The notes under the pieces: model-generated
The model's input: only the letters and a program-made list of their open reading frames with translations
Database searches by the model: none
What the model was told of the DNA's origin: nothing
Position numbers and translations under genes: made by a program
Shown: positions 1 through 8,962 of the stretch, piece by piece
How the letters are laid out: every line of letters begins with the position of its first letter
Position numbering within the stretch: the stretch's first letter is position 1
Assembly (NCBI RefSeq): GCF_001457595.1
Contig: NZ_LN831039.1
Location: 1,110,001-1,142,000 of the forward strand
Direction: 5' to 3'
DNA length: 32,000 nt
DNA from: Mycolicibacterium smegmatis
GTDB lineage: Bacteria; Actinomycetota; Actinomycetes; Mycobacteriales; Mycobacteriaceae

Positions 1-576
1 AAGGAGAACGGCCTGCCGTTTTGGATCATCGCGTCGTGCGCGCTGGCCATCGGGCTGGGCACCTACCTCGGCGGCTGGCGCGTCATCCGCACGCTGGGCA
101 AGGGCCTCGTCGAGATCGAATCTCCGCAGGGCCTGGCCGCCGAGGCGTCATCCGCCGCGATCATCCTGAGCTCTAGCGCTGCCGGTATGGCGCTGTCCAC
201 CACCCACGTCGCCACCGGTTCGATCCTCGGCAGCGGCGTCGGCAAGCCCGGTGCCGAGGTGCGCTGGGCGGTCGCGGGCCGCATGGCGGTGGCGTGGCTC
301 GTGACGCTGCCCGCCGCGGGCATCGTCGGTGCGCTGGCGTTCTGGCTGTCCCACGGGGTCGAGAAGCTGACCGGCTCGTCGCTGGCCGGTGACGGCCTGA
401 TCTTCATGGTTCTCGTCGGCCTGTCGTTCTACATGTGGTGGCGTGCACAGCAGCAGAAGGTCGACCACAACAACGTCAACGCCGATTGGGACGAGACCAC
501 CAACTCGGTGGTTCCCGCCGATCTGAAGGTGACCATCCCCGACAACTCCGAGCGCCCCACCCCCGCGGGTGTCTGA
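1..576 (+). CDS. pitA: PiT-family inorganic phosphate transporter, C-terminal part (5' end outside window)
   Basis: Frame 1 open from base 1: KENGLPFWIIASCALAIGLGTYLGGWRVIRTLGKGLVEIESPQGLAAEASSAAIILSSSAAGMALSTTHVATGSILGSGVG, typical PiT signature; TM segments; stop at 576. Confidence 0.9.
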   Translation, partial: KENGLPFWIIASCALAIGLGTYLGGWRVIRTLGKGLVEIESPQGLAAEASSAAIILSSSAAGMALSTTHVATGSILGSGVGKPGAEVRWAVAGRMAVAWLVTLPAAGIVGALAFWLSHGVEKLTGSSLAGDGLIFMVLVGLSFYMWWRAQQQKVDHNNVNADWDETTNSVVPADLKVTIPDNSERPTPAGV

Positions 577-591
577 CCTGAAGGAACGTTG

Positions 592-870
592 ATGACCTAC
601 CTGGAATCCATCATGAAGGTTCTGGTGGTCGGGTTGATCCTCGGCGCCGGACTGCCCGCGCTGTTCGCCACCGGCCTGCTCGCGTTCGCGGGCACCGACG
701 CCGACGCCGACGGTACCGCCGCGGCACGCAACCCGATGATGAAGTTCCTGGGCCTGGCGCTGTTCGTGTTCGTGGGTGCGGTGATCCTGGTCGCGATCCT
801 GTGGATCACGCGCGGCACCATCATCCACCACACCGGTGTCGACCTTTTCCCGTTCCTTCCGAGGAAGTGA
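592..870 (+). CDS. Small conserved membrane protein (Rv0544c-like by context)
   Basis: ATG 592 (TTG at 589 also possible) with upstream aagga; two hydrophobic segments; follows pitA-like gene. Confidence 0.75.
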   Translation: MTYLESIMKVLVVGLILGAGLPALFATGLLAFAGTDADADGTAAARNPMMKFLGLALFVFVGAVILVAILWITRGTIIHHTGVDLFPFLPRK

Positions 871-871
871 C

Positions 872-1183
872 ATGACCGAGACGACGACGACCTTCATGGA
901 CAACGTCCTCGGTTGGCTGCGCAAGGGCTACCCCGAGGGCGTTCCGCCGAAAGACTATTTCGCGCTGCTGGCCCTGTTGAAGCGGTCGCTCACCGAGGAC
1001 GAGGTGGTGCGCGCGGCGCAGGCGATCCTGCGTTCCACCGATGGCCAGAGCCCGGTGACCGACGACGACATCCGCAACGCGGTGCACCAGATCATCGAGA
1101 AGGAACCGACCGCCGAGGAGATCAACCAGGTCGCCGCGCGGCTGGCATCGGTGGGCTGGCCGTTGGCCGTTCCGGTGCGCTAG
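872..1183 (+). CDS. DUF3349-family protein (Rv0543c-like)
   Basis: ATG 872 after gaggaagtgac; MTETTTTFMDNVLGWLRKGYPEGVPPKDYFALLALLKRSLTEDEVVRAAQAIL resembles mycobacterial DUF3349 proteins; tight spacing to previous gene. Confidence 0.8.
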   Translation: MTETTTTFMDNVLGWLRKGYPEGVPPKDYFALLALLKRSLTEDEVVRAAQAILRSTDGQSPVTDDDIRNAVHQIIEKEPTAEEINQVAARLASVGWPLAVPVR

Positions 1184-1200
1184 GCCGGTGCGCTGAGCGC

Positions 1201-1572
1201 CTAATCCCGCACGTCGCGCCGCAGCGGATGCGTCGAGGGCACCTGGACGAAGATCAGCGTGATGCCGTCGGGGTCGGTCACGTGCATCTCGTGCAGACCC
1301 CACGGTTCCTGTTTGGCCGGCCGCGTGATCGGCACCCCGCGACCCTCGAGCTCCTGCTGCGCGGCGTAGATGTCGCGCACCTGCAACCACAGGCTGCCGC
1401 CTCCCGACGGTTCGCCGTGGCCGGCGATCTCGATCAGCGACTGACCGGCGTAGAACACTGTGCCGCCGGGGTATTCACGCGCGATCGCCAGGCCGATCCC
1501 GTCGCGGTAGAACTCGAGCGATTTCTCGTAGTCGACCGGTCGGATCAACATCCGGCTGGCCAGGATCTCCAT
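1201..1572 (-). CDS. Glyoxalase/bleomycin-resistance/VOC family protein
   Basis: MEILASRMLIRPVDYEKSLEFYRDGIGLAIAREYPGGTVFYAG...HEMHVTDPDGITLIFVQ, VOC fold pattern. Confidence 0.88.
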   Translation of the reverse strand: MEILASRMLIRPVDYEKSLEFYRDGIGLAIAREYPGGTVFYAGQSLIEIAGHGEPSGGGSLWLQVRDIYAAQQELEGRGVPITRPAKQEPWGLHEMHVTDPDGITLIFVQVPSTHPLRRDVRD

Positions 1573-1620
1573 GGTGTCTGTCTACCACCCTCGTTTGCCG
1601 CGCGGGCGGGCGACACGGGA

Positions 1621-3036
1621 TCAGTTCGGTCGCCGTGTCATGCGGCTGTGCCGGTCACTGGCACGCAGGCCGATTGCGAAGGCGGCCTGATCCTCGAAGT
1701 TCAGCGGGTTGCGGCCGGTGATCTCGTGGATGCGCGCGAGCCGGTGCCGCACGGTGTTGGTGTGCAGGAAGAGTTCGCGCGCGGTGTCGATGAGGGATCC
1801 GTTGGTGGCCAGAAACACCCGCAGCGTCCGCACGTGCTGGGTGCCGCGCTCGTGGTCGCTCTCGGCCAGGGGGTCGATGAGTTGCTGCTTGAACGGCGTG
1901 AGCCTGCTGAGCGGAAGGCCTTCCAGCAGACTGTCGAACGTGCTCAGCTGATCGGGCCCGATGCTGCCGCCGTGCTGACGTGCTAGGTCGAGCGCGATGC
2001 GGGCCTGTGTGATCGCCGAGCCCAGTTCGGCCAGCGGTGCGGTGGCCGAATGTCCCGACGGCAGCGACAGTTCGGCGGCGATCGCGGGCAGGTCGGCGGT
2101 GGCGCTGGTCGCCGGGTCGGTCAACACCAGGCACACCTCGGGGGCGTCGCCGACGAGCGCGGTGGGGAACGCCATCGACAACAGGGCGCCGGCACCGGCC
2201 GGCCACGCCGAGCAGGCCACCTCACGCGCGGCGAGGCCGGGCCAGTCCAGCAGCTGGTTGAGCGCGTCGGGAAGCAGCATGCGGCGCTCGACCAGTGACA
2301 GCAGCTGACCGACGCGTTCACGCGCCAGCGCCGCTTCGATGTCACGCTCGCCCTGCGCGGCCTGCACGAACCGCACGATCACGTCCAGCACGGCGTCGTC
2401 GGGTGGCGTGCCGCTGCCCACCCACACCAACGTGCCGAGTCCGTCGATGGTCACGGTGTGCGCTGCCGGGCCGCCGGTGTCTGCGGGTGCGCCGGGCTCG
2501 AGCAGGAAGTAGCAGCCCAGCACCTCACCCGCGCGGTCCAGCAGCTGCCGGGGTGATTCGCGGCGACGCGCAGACGCGAGCAGTTCCGGCACCAGGGTGT
2601 TGGTCGCGCGTGCGACGGCGAGTTCGCCGCCCACTTGGAAGTCGGCCACGTAGCGGCTCACGGTCGCGAACAGCACATTCGGCGGCGCGATCAGCAGCGG
2701 CAACCGCCTGCGCGTGCATGCCGCGACAAGAGCGTCGGGAACCGCGTCGTGCGCGTCGCCCGTGCCGAAACACAGGCCCGCGGCACCGGATTCACACAGT
2801 GCCGCGACGAAGGCCTCACAGTCGTCGGGCGTCTGCAGGCTGATGCCGACCGTGCACACCAGTTCGCCGCCGCGCAGGTAGCGCGACGGGTCGCGCAGCT
2901 CGGTGGTGTGGGCCCACGTGATCGTCCGGTCCAGTTCAGCCGACAGATCATCAGTCAGGTTCTGGGCCGCCACGACACCCAGGTGCGAATTGAGCAAATC
3001 GCGCAGCGTGGGGGCGACGTCGTCGCGATCAGGCAC
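1621..3036 (-). CDS. PucR/CdaR-type transcriptional regulator with C-terminal HTH
   Basis: 471 aa; N-terminal PucR-like domain (VAPTLRDLLNSHLGVVAAQNLTDD...) and C-terminal ...LRVFLATNGSLIDTARELFLHTNTVRHRLARIHEITGRNPLNFEDQAAFAIGLR, the classic PucR C-terminal HTH. Confidence 0.92.
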   Translation of the reverse strand: MPDRDDVAPTLRDLLNSHLGVVAAQNLTDDLSAELDRTITWAHTTELRDPSRYLRGGELVCTVGISLQTPDDCEAFVAALCESGAAGLCFGTGDAHDAVPDALVAACTRRRLPLLIAPPNVLFATVSRYVADFQVGGELAVARATNTLVPELLASARRRESPRQLLDRAGEVLGCYFLLEPGAPADTGGPAAHTVTIDGLGTLVWVGSGTPPDDAVLDVIVRFVQAAQGERDIEAALARERVGQLLSLVERRMLLPDALNQLLDWPGLAAREVACSAWPAGAGALLSMAFPTALVGDAPEVCLVLTDPATSATADLPAIAAELSLPSGHSATAPLAELGSAITQARIALDLARQHGGSIGPDQLSTFDSLLEGLPLSRLTPFKQQLIDPLAESDHERGTQHVRTLRVFLATNGSLIDTARELFLHTNTVRHRLARIHEITGRNPLNFEDQAAFAIGLRASDRHSRMTRRPN

Positions 3037-3200
3037 GGACCGAGCGTAACGCGGACGTCATATGAGGGCGCCGCCGCGTTGTGCGATCCTCCAAAGCCCC
3101 GGGTGCGCGACGGTGGGTTTGCAGCGACTTTGTCCCAACGCCTTGGCGGTGGCACAGGGCGGGCGTGATAGTTCGTGCAACCGGATCAAGGGAGGACACC

Positions 3201-4667
3201 GTGTCTGTACCTGAGTCGTCGTCAGGCGATTCGCAAACTCTGCGCCGCGAGTTCTCGTTGTGGTCGGCGTTCGCCTTCGCCTTCGCGTTCATCTCGCCGA
3301 TCGTCGCGCTCTACGGCATCTTCGGCCTGGCGCTCTCGGCCGCTGGCCCCAGCTTCTGGTGGGGTTTCGGCCTCGTGTTCGCAGGCCAGTTCCTCGTGGC
3401 GCTGGTGTTCGCGATGCTGGTGTCGCGCTGGCCGCTCGAAGGGTCCATCTACCAGTGGTCACGGCGCCTGCTCGGCACCACCTACGGCTGGTTCGCGGGC
3501 TGGCTCTACATGTGGACACTCGTGATCGCGATGGCCACGGTCGCGCTCGGCGCGGCGGGCTTCGTCGCCAACATCGCCGGTCTCGAAGAACCGTCCGGCG
3601 GCACGCTCGCGCTGATCGCGCTGGTGATCCTGCTGGCGGGCACCGCGGTCAACCTCGCCGGACGTCAGGCACTCAAGATCTTCATGGCGGCCAGCATCGC
3701 GGCCGAGGTCATCGGTTCGGTGGTGCTCGGCACGTGGCTGTTGCTGTTCCACCGCGAGAACTCGCTTTCGGTGCTGTTCTCCGGCGGCGGCGTGGATGTG
3801 GACATGTGGTCGTATCTCAGCGGTCCGTTCCTGCTGGCTGTGGCGTTCATCGGCTGGAGCTTCGTGGGGTTCGAGAGCGCCGGTTCGATCGCCGAGGAGG
3901 TCCACGAGCCGCGCAAGTACCTGCCGAAGGCCGTGCTGTTCTCGCTGACGTTCATCGCGCTCGTGGTGGGTTACTCGAGCCTGGCGATCATCCTGGCCAT
4001 CCCGGATCTCGACGCGGTCGCCGAGGGCGCGGTCGCCGACCCGGTCTACGACACGCTGACCAACGCGCTGGGGCACGGCGTGGCCAAACCGGTCGAGGTG
4101 ATGTTCGTGATCGGCTTCCTCGCAAGCTTTCTCGCGCTGCAGACCTCGGCGTCGCGCGTCATCTGGGCGTATGCCCGTGACGGTGCGCTGCCCGCCGCGT
4201 CCGCGCTGGGACGGTTGCGCGGCCCGGCGCGCATCCCGACCGTGGCGATCCTGGTCACCACGGTCATCGGCGCCTGCCTGTTCCTGCTCAGCATCGTCGC
4301 GGGCGACATCTACTCGCTCATGGTGAACTTCACCGCGGGTGGCTTCTACCTGGCGTTCCTGTTCCCGCTCGTCGGTTTCCTGGTGGTGCTGCTGCGCCGC
4401 ACCTGGACGCCTGCGACGTTCTCGCTCAAGGGCTTCACGCTGCCGGTCGCGCTGGTGGCCGTGGTGTGGGCGAGCCTGCAGTTCCTCAACATCGCCTGGC
4501 CGCGTGCGGCTTTCGACCAGCGCTGGCTCGACTGGTCGGTGTGGATCGGCGTCGCGGCGCTGGCTGTGCTGGGCACGGCGATCCTGGCCTCGGTGCGCTC
4601 GCACATCACCGGCACGGCAGTGGTCGAAGAGGCCGAGCTGCGCGACGAACTGGCCGATCGCTCATGA
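3201..4667 (+). CDS. APC-superfamily amino acid/amine permease
   Basis: GTG 3201 with ggagg upstream; ~12 TM segments; FISPIVALYGIFGLALSAAGPSFWWGFGLVFAGQFLVAL, FGWSF VGFESAGSIAEEVHEPRKYLPKA typical of APC family. Confidence 0.92.
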   Translation: MSVPESSSGDSQTLRREFSLWSAFAFAFAFISPIVALYGIFGLALSAAGPSFWWGFGLVFAGQFLVALVFAMLVSRWPLEGSIYQWSRRLLGTTYGWFAGWLYMWTLVIAMATVALGAAGFVANIAGLEEPSGGTLALIALVILLAGTAVNLAGRQALKIFMAASIAAEVIGSVVLGTWLLLFHRENSLSVLFSGGGVDVDMWSYLSGPFLLAVAFIGWSFVGFESAGSIAEEVHEPRKYLPKAVLFSLTFIALVVGYSSLAIILAIPDLDAVAEGAVADPVYDTLTNALGHGVAKPVEVMFVIGFLASFLALQTSASRVIWAYARDGALPAASALGRLRGPARIPTVAILVTTVIGACLFLLSIVAGDIYSLMVNFTAGGFYLAFLFPLVGFLVVLLRRTWTPATFSLKGFTLPVALVAVVWASLQFLNIAWPRAAFDQRWLDWSVWIGVAALAVLGTAILASVRSHITGTAVVEEAELRDELADRS

Positions 4668-5359
4668 CCGCCCCGGTAGCGGTGGTCACCGGCGCCGCCA
4701 GCGGCATCGGTGCGGCCGTGGTCGACGCCCTGCGAGCGCGTGGCTACCGCGTGGGTGTCCTGGACATGGCAGGGCGTGCCGACGCCGATCACGTTGTCGC
4801 GGTGGATGTTTCCGACGGCTCCGCGGTCTCCGGCGCGGTGGGCGAGATCCGGCGCACGCTCGGCCCGGTGAGTGCACTGGTGACCTCGGCCGGGCACTAC
4901 GAGATGGCCGCGGTCGCCGACATCGGCACGCAGGCGTGGCAGCGCATGCTGCGCGTGCATCTCGGCGGGTTGTTCAACGCCGCACGCGCGTGCCTGCCGG
5001 ACATGCTCGAAGCGCGCTCGGGCGCGGTGGTCGCCGTCGCGAGCGAACTCGCGGTCGGCGGTGGTGACTGCGAGGCGCACTACGCCGCGGCCAAGGGCGC
5101 CATCATCGGCCTGGTGCGCAGCCTGGCCGCCGAGGTCGCCGACCGCGGTGTGCGTGTCAACGCCGTCGCCCCGGGGCCCACCGACACGCCGCTGCTGGCG
5201 CAGGATTCGCCATGGCGAGCACCGGAATACCTTCAGACGCTGCCGTTGCGCCGGCTCGCGTCGCCGCGTGAGGTGGCCCGCTGTGTCGAATACCTGGTGT
5301 GCGACGCGACTTTCGCGACGGGGGATGTGGTGAACGTGAACTCAGGAGCGGTGATATGA
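4664..5359 (+). CDS. Short-chain dehydrogenase/reductase (SDR)
   Basis: MTAPVAVVTGAASGIGAAV (TGxxxGIG), YAAAK active site, NAVAPGPTDTPL; ATGA overlap with permease stop. Confidence 0.92.
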   Translation: MTAPVAVVTGAASGIGAAVVDALRARGYRVGVLDMAGRADADHVVAVDVSDGSAVSGAVGEIRRTLGPVSALVTSAGHYEMAAVADIGTQAWQRMLRVHLGGLFNAARACLPDMLEARSGAVVAVASELAVGGGDCEAHYAAAKGAIIGLVRSLAAEVADRGVRVNAVAPGPTDTPLLAQDSPWRAPEYLQTLPLRRLASPREVARCVEYLVCDATFATGDVVNVNSGAVI

Positions 5360-6117
5360 CCTCGCTGGCAGGCCGCGTCGCGCTGGTGACAGGTGCGGCG
5401 CAGGGGATGGGTGCCGCACACGCACGGCGGCTGGCCGCGGCCGGTGCGACGGTGGCGGTCAACGACATCCGCGCCGGTGATGCCCTGCACGCGCTGGCGC
5501 AGGAGATCGGCGGACTCACCGCGCCGGGCGACGTGTCCGACCCGGCGGTGTGCCGACAGATCGCCGACGACGTGGCCGCGGCGACCGGGCGACTGGACAT
5601 CCTGGTCGCCAACCACGCGTACATGACCATGGCGCCGCTGCTGGACCACGACGAGGGCGACTGGTGGCGCGTCGTCGACACCAACCTCGGTGGCACGTTC
5701 CACCTGGTGCAGGCCGTGCTGCCGCACATGCGACGCCTCGGCGCGGGACGCATCGTGGTGATCGCGAGCGAGTGGGGTGTGATCGGCTGGCCCGAGGCCA
5801 CGGCCTATGCCGCGGCGAAGTCCGGGCTGATCTCGCTGGTCAAATCGCTCGGCCGTGAACTCGCACCCGAGCACATCATCGTCAACGCGGTGGCCCCCGG
5901 TGTCACCGACACTCCCCAACTGCAGGTCGACGCCGACGCCGCCGGGGTCGATCTGGCGACCATGCACGCGCAGTATGCCGAGGCGATTCCCATGGGCCGC
6001 ATCGGATCTGCCGACGAGATCGCCGCGACCGTGGAGTTCCTCGCCGATTTCGAACTGGAAGCGGTTGTGGGACAGGTGATCTCCAGCAACGGCGGGTCCA
6101 CCCGGGCCAGGGCGTGA
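5356..6117 (+). CDS. Short-chain dehydrogenase/reductase (SDR)
   Basis: MTSLAGRVALVTGAAQGMGAAHARRLA, NHAYM, S...YAAAKSGL, NAVAPGVTDTPQ; ATGA overlap with preceding SDR. Confidence 0.92.
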   Translation: MTSLAGRVALVTGAAQGMGAAHARRLAAAGATVAVNDIRAGDALHALAQEIGGLTAPGDVSDPAVCRQIADDVAAATGRLDILVANHAYMTMAPLLDHDEGDWWRVVDTNLGGTFHLVQAVLPHMRRLGAGRIVVIASEWGVIGWPEATAYAAAKSGLISLVKSLGRELAPEHIIVNAVAPGVTDTPQLQVDADAAGVDLATMHAQYAEAIPMGRIGSADEIAATVEFLADFELEAVVGQVISSNGGSTRARA

Positions 6118-6140
6118 AGTTCATGACGAAAGGAGAGCAC

Positions 6141-7112
6141 GTGGAAGGCCAGCCGTACGTGCGGTCGGCGTCGGGCAAGGTGGGCCAGGTCAACGCCACC
6201 GAGGTGCCGCGGTACGCGGGCATCGCGACGTTCGCGCGTCTGCCGCAGCGGTTCGAGGTCCTCGACCACGACATCGCGGTGGTGGGTGTGCCGTTCGACA
6301 GCGGTGTCACCTACCGGCCCGGTGCCCGCTTCGGCCCGTCGGCCATCCGCGAGGCGTCGCGTCTGCTCAAGCCGTACCACCCCGCGCTCGACGTGAGCCC
6401 GTTCGCGCAGGCCCAGGTGGTCGATGCCGGTGATCTCGGGGTCAACCCGTTCAACATCGACGAGGCCGTCGGGCAGATCCGTGACGGCGTGACCGAACTG
6501 CTGGACCGCCCCGACCAGCGCGTGGTGCTGCTCGGCGGGGACCACACGATCGCGCTGCCCGCTCTGCAGGCGATGCACGCCATCCACGGCCCGGTCGCGC
6601 TCGTGCACTTCGACGCACATCTCGACACGTGGGACACCTATTTCGGGGCGCCGTGCACGCACGGCACGCCCTTCCGTCGCGCGTCGGAACTGGGGCTCAT
6701 CGTGAAAGGGCATTCGGCGCACGTCGGCATCCGCGGATCGCTGTACGACCGCGCCGATCTGCTCGACGACGAGTCCCTCGGATTCACGGTCGTGCACTGC
6801 CGCGACATCGACCGCATCGGTGTCGACGGTGTCATCTCGCGCATCCACGAGCGGGTCGGCGAGTATCCGGTGTACGTGTCGATCGACATCGACGTCCTCG
6901 ACCCGGCGTTCGCGCCCGGCACGGGAACGCCCGAGATCGGCGGCATGACCAGCCGTGAACTCGTCGCGGTGCTGCGCGCGATGCGTGGGCTCAACATCGT
7001 GGGCGCCGACATCGTCGAGGTCGCCCCCGCGTACGACAGCGGCGACGTCACCGCGGTCGCGGCCGCTAACCTGGCCTACGAATTGATTACGCTGATGGCC
7101 GATGGCTTCTGA
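6141..7112 (+). CDS. Agmatinase/guanidino-acid ureohydrolase family (arginase superfamily) enzyme
   Basis: Mn2 ligand motifs GGDHTIALPAL, VHFDAHLDTWD, and SIDIDVLDPAFAPGTGTPEIGG. Start GTG 6141 preferred because of aaaggag upstream; track start at 6114 is also possible. Confidence 0.92.
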   Translation: MEGQPYVRSASGKVGQVNATEVPRYAGIATFARLPQRFEVLDHDIAVVGVPFDSGVTYRPGARFGPSAIREASRLLKPYHPALDVSPFAQAQVVDAGDLGVNPFNIDEAVGQIRDGVTELLDRPDQRVVLLGGDHTIALPALQAMHAIHGPVALVHFDAHLDTWDTYFGAPCTHGTPFRRASELGLIVKGHSAHVGIRGSLYDRADLLDDESLGFTVVHCRDIDRIGVDGVISRIHERVGEYPVYVSIDIDVLDPAFAPGTGTPEIGGMTSRELVAVLRAMRGLNIVGADIVEVAPAYDSGDVTAVAAANLAYELITLMADGF

Positions 7113-7965
7113 ATCGGCTCCCGGCCTGGTCTGGCCCGAGGGCAAGGTCGCGGCGGCGGCGTTCACGTTCGACGTCGACGCCGAGTCGGCGATCCTGTGG
7201 GGCAATGAGGCCGTCGGCGCGCGCATGAGCGTCATGAGCCACCAGGCCTACGGGCCCCTGGTGGGCGTGCCGCGCATCCTCGATCTGCTCGACCGCCACC
7301 AGATCGCCTCGACGTTCTTCGTGCCCGGGCACACCGCGCACCGCTATCCCGATGCCGTGCGGGCGATCGTCGCGGCCGGCCACGAGGTCGCCCACCACGG
7401 CTACCTGCACGAGCAGCCCACCGCGCTCACGCTCGAAGAGGAGATCGAGGCGCTCGACCGCGGCCTCGAAGCGCTCGCCGAGGTCGCCGGTGTCACACCG
7501 GCCGGCTACCGCGCCCCGATGTGGGACTTGTCGTGGCACACACCGGGTCTGCTCGCCGAACGCAACTTCCTGTACGACTCCAGCCTGATGGACGCCGACG
7601 TTCCCTACGAACTCGCGGTGGGGGACACCTCGCTCGTGGAGATCCCGATCCAGTGGGCGCTCGACGACTGGGAGCAGTACTGCTTCTTGCCCGACATCTC
7701 GGGCAGCGGGCTCATCGAAAGCCCACGCAAGGCACGGGAACTGTGGCAACTGGAGTTCGACGCGTTGCGCCGCGCCGGCGGCTGCTGGGTGCTCACCAAT
7801 CACCCGTTCCTGTCCGGAAGAGCCTCGCGCGCAGCAGAACTCGACGATCTGATGCGCTACGTCACCGAGCACGCCGACGTGTGGACCACCAATCTGGGCA
7901 CCCTCGCCCGGCATGTCCGCGCGCAGGGTCTCACCCCGCGCAGCATCACCCAGCCGGGAAAATAG
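7102..7965 (+). CDS. CE4/polysaccharide-deacetylase (NodB-fold) family amidohydrolase, possibly allantoinase/cyclic-imidase type
   Basis: FTFDVDAES, ASTFFVPGHTAHRYPDAVRAIVAAGHEVAHHGYLHE, PAGYRAPMWDLSWHT; overlaps the ureohydrolase stop. Confidence 0.85.
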   Translation: MASESAPGLVWPEGKVAAAAFTFDVDAESAILWGNEAVGARMSVMSHQAYGPLVGVPRILDLLDRHQIASTFFVPGHTAHRYPDAVRAIVAAGHEVAHHGYLHEQPTALTLEEEIEALDRGLEALAEVAGVTPAGYRAPMWDLSWHTPGLLAERNFLYDSSLMDADVPYELAVGDTSLVEIPIQWALDDWEQYCFLPDISGSGLIESPRKARELWQLEFDALRRAGGCWVLTNHPFLSGRASRAAELDDLMRYVTEHADVWTTNLGTLARHVRAQGLTPRSITQPGK

Positions 7966-8860
7966 GCCGGCGCCCGACGCCGTCCGGTTGTGCCGACTGA
8001 CGTTTCATCACGGCGTTCACCACACCGGGCGCCACGGCGTTGAGTGCCCTGGCGCCCACCGCGACTCGTGGTGCGATCTGCACGGGGCGGTGGCGCGCCG
8101 CGGTGATCATCCAGTCGGCCGCCTCGTCGGCCGAGAGCGCGGGCAACCCGTCGAACGCGCGGGTCGGCTTGATCATCGGGGTGTCCACCAGCGGGTAGTA
8201 CAGCGTGGTGGAATGCACACCGCCGTCGCCCCATTCGGTTTCGATGACGCGGCTGACGGCGCTCAGCGCGGCCTTCGACGCCTGGTACACCGAGAACAGC
8301 GGCGACGCCTCGCTCAGCACGCCCCACGTCGAGACGTTGATGATGTGGCCCGCGCCGCGTTCGCGCATGCCCGGCGCGAACCCGCGGATCAGCCGCAGCG
8401 GCGAGTAGTAGTTGAGCGTCATCGTGCGCTCGATGTCGTGCCAGCGCTCCAGGGAGTCGGCCAGCGGCCTGCGGATCGAATGCCCCGCGTTGTTCACCAG
8501 GATGTCCAGGCCGCCGTGGTCGGACTCGATCTCGGCCACCAGCGCGTCGATCGCGTCGAGGTCGGTCAGATCGCACGGCCGCGCCTTCGCGTCACCACCG
8601 GATGCGGTGATGCCACCGGCCACCTCGTCGAGCAGTTCGGCGCGTCGCGCCACCACGATCACCCGTGCCCCACGCTCGGCGAACTTGCGGGCGGCAGCGG
8701 CGCCGATGCCCGACGACGCACCCGTGATCAGCACCCGCTTGCCCGTCAGGTCCACCGCGTCGCGCGCGGCCCGCAGCTGAATCAACTGGTCGGTGACCGG
8801 CGGCCGCATACTCGCCAGGAACAGGTTGTCGGTGAGCCGTCGTAACGGGTGCTTGCTCAT
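7946..8860 (-). CDS. Short-chain dehydrogenase/reductase (Rv0547c-like)
   Basis: DLTGKRVLITGASSGIGAAAARKFAERGARVIVVARR; convergent with, and overlapping by 20 nt, the preceding module. Confidence 0.92.
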   Translation of the reverse strand: MSKHPLRRLTDNLFLASMRPPVTDQLIQLRAARDAVDLTGKRVLITGASSGIGAAAARKFAERGARVIVVARRAELLDEVAGGITASGGDAKARPCDLTDLDAIDALVAEIESDHGGLDILVNNAGHSIRRPLADSLERWHDIERTMTLNYYSPLRLIRGFAPGMRERGAGHIINVSTWGVLSEASPLFSVYQASKAALSAVSRVIETEWGDGGVHSTTLYYPLVDTPMIKPTRAFDGLPALSADEAADWMITAARHRPVQIAPRVAVGARALNAVAPGVVNAVMKRQSAQPDGVGRRPIFPAG

Positions 8861-8887
8861 GTCGGGAGTGTAGGTGCGCCGTTGATC

Positions 8888-8954
8888 TCCGCCGAAACCG
8901 CATTCCAGCAGGCGTCCACTCGCACTTTGCCTGCCGGAATGACGTTTCGGCGGA
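8888..8954. repeat. 67-bp terminal-inverted-repeat element, copy A
   Basis: Arms TCCGCCGAAACCGCATTCC (8888-8906) and GGAATGACGTTTCGGCGGA (8936-8954), 17/19 complementary; 61/67 identical to copy at 29356-29422; internal GCAGGC/GCCTGC stem. Confidence 0.85.
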
Positions 8955-8962
8955 AAATACGC

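Noticed and set aside
148-924. Long antisense ORFs in the six-frame track (for example 148..924 -, 913..1986 +, 3459..4604 -, 11430..12728 -, 13605..14489 -, 14508..15686 -, 17925..18860 -, 20546..21478 -, 26787..28016 -).
   Set aside because: They lie opposite or out of frame with well-supported genes, are low-complexity Arg/Gly/Ala/His-rich, and are the expected artefact of high-GC coding DNA.
7102-7965. Annotating as a secreted peptidoglycan/chitin deacetylase.
   Set aside because: No signal peptide or TM segment, and it is embedded in a catabolic operon; a cytosolic CE4-fold amidohydrolase is more consistent.
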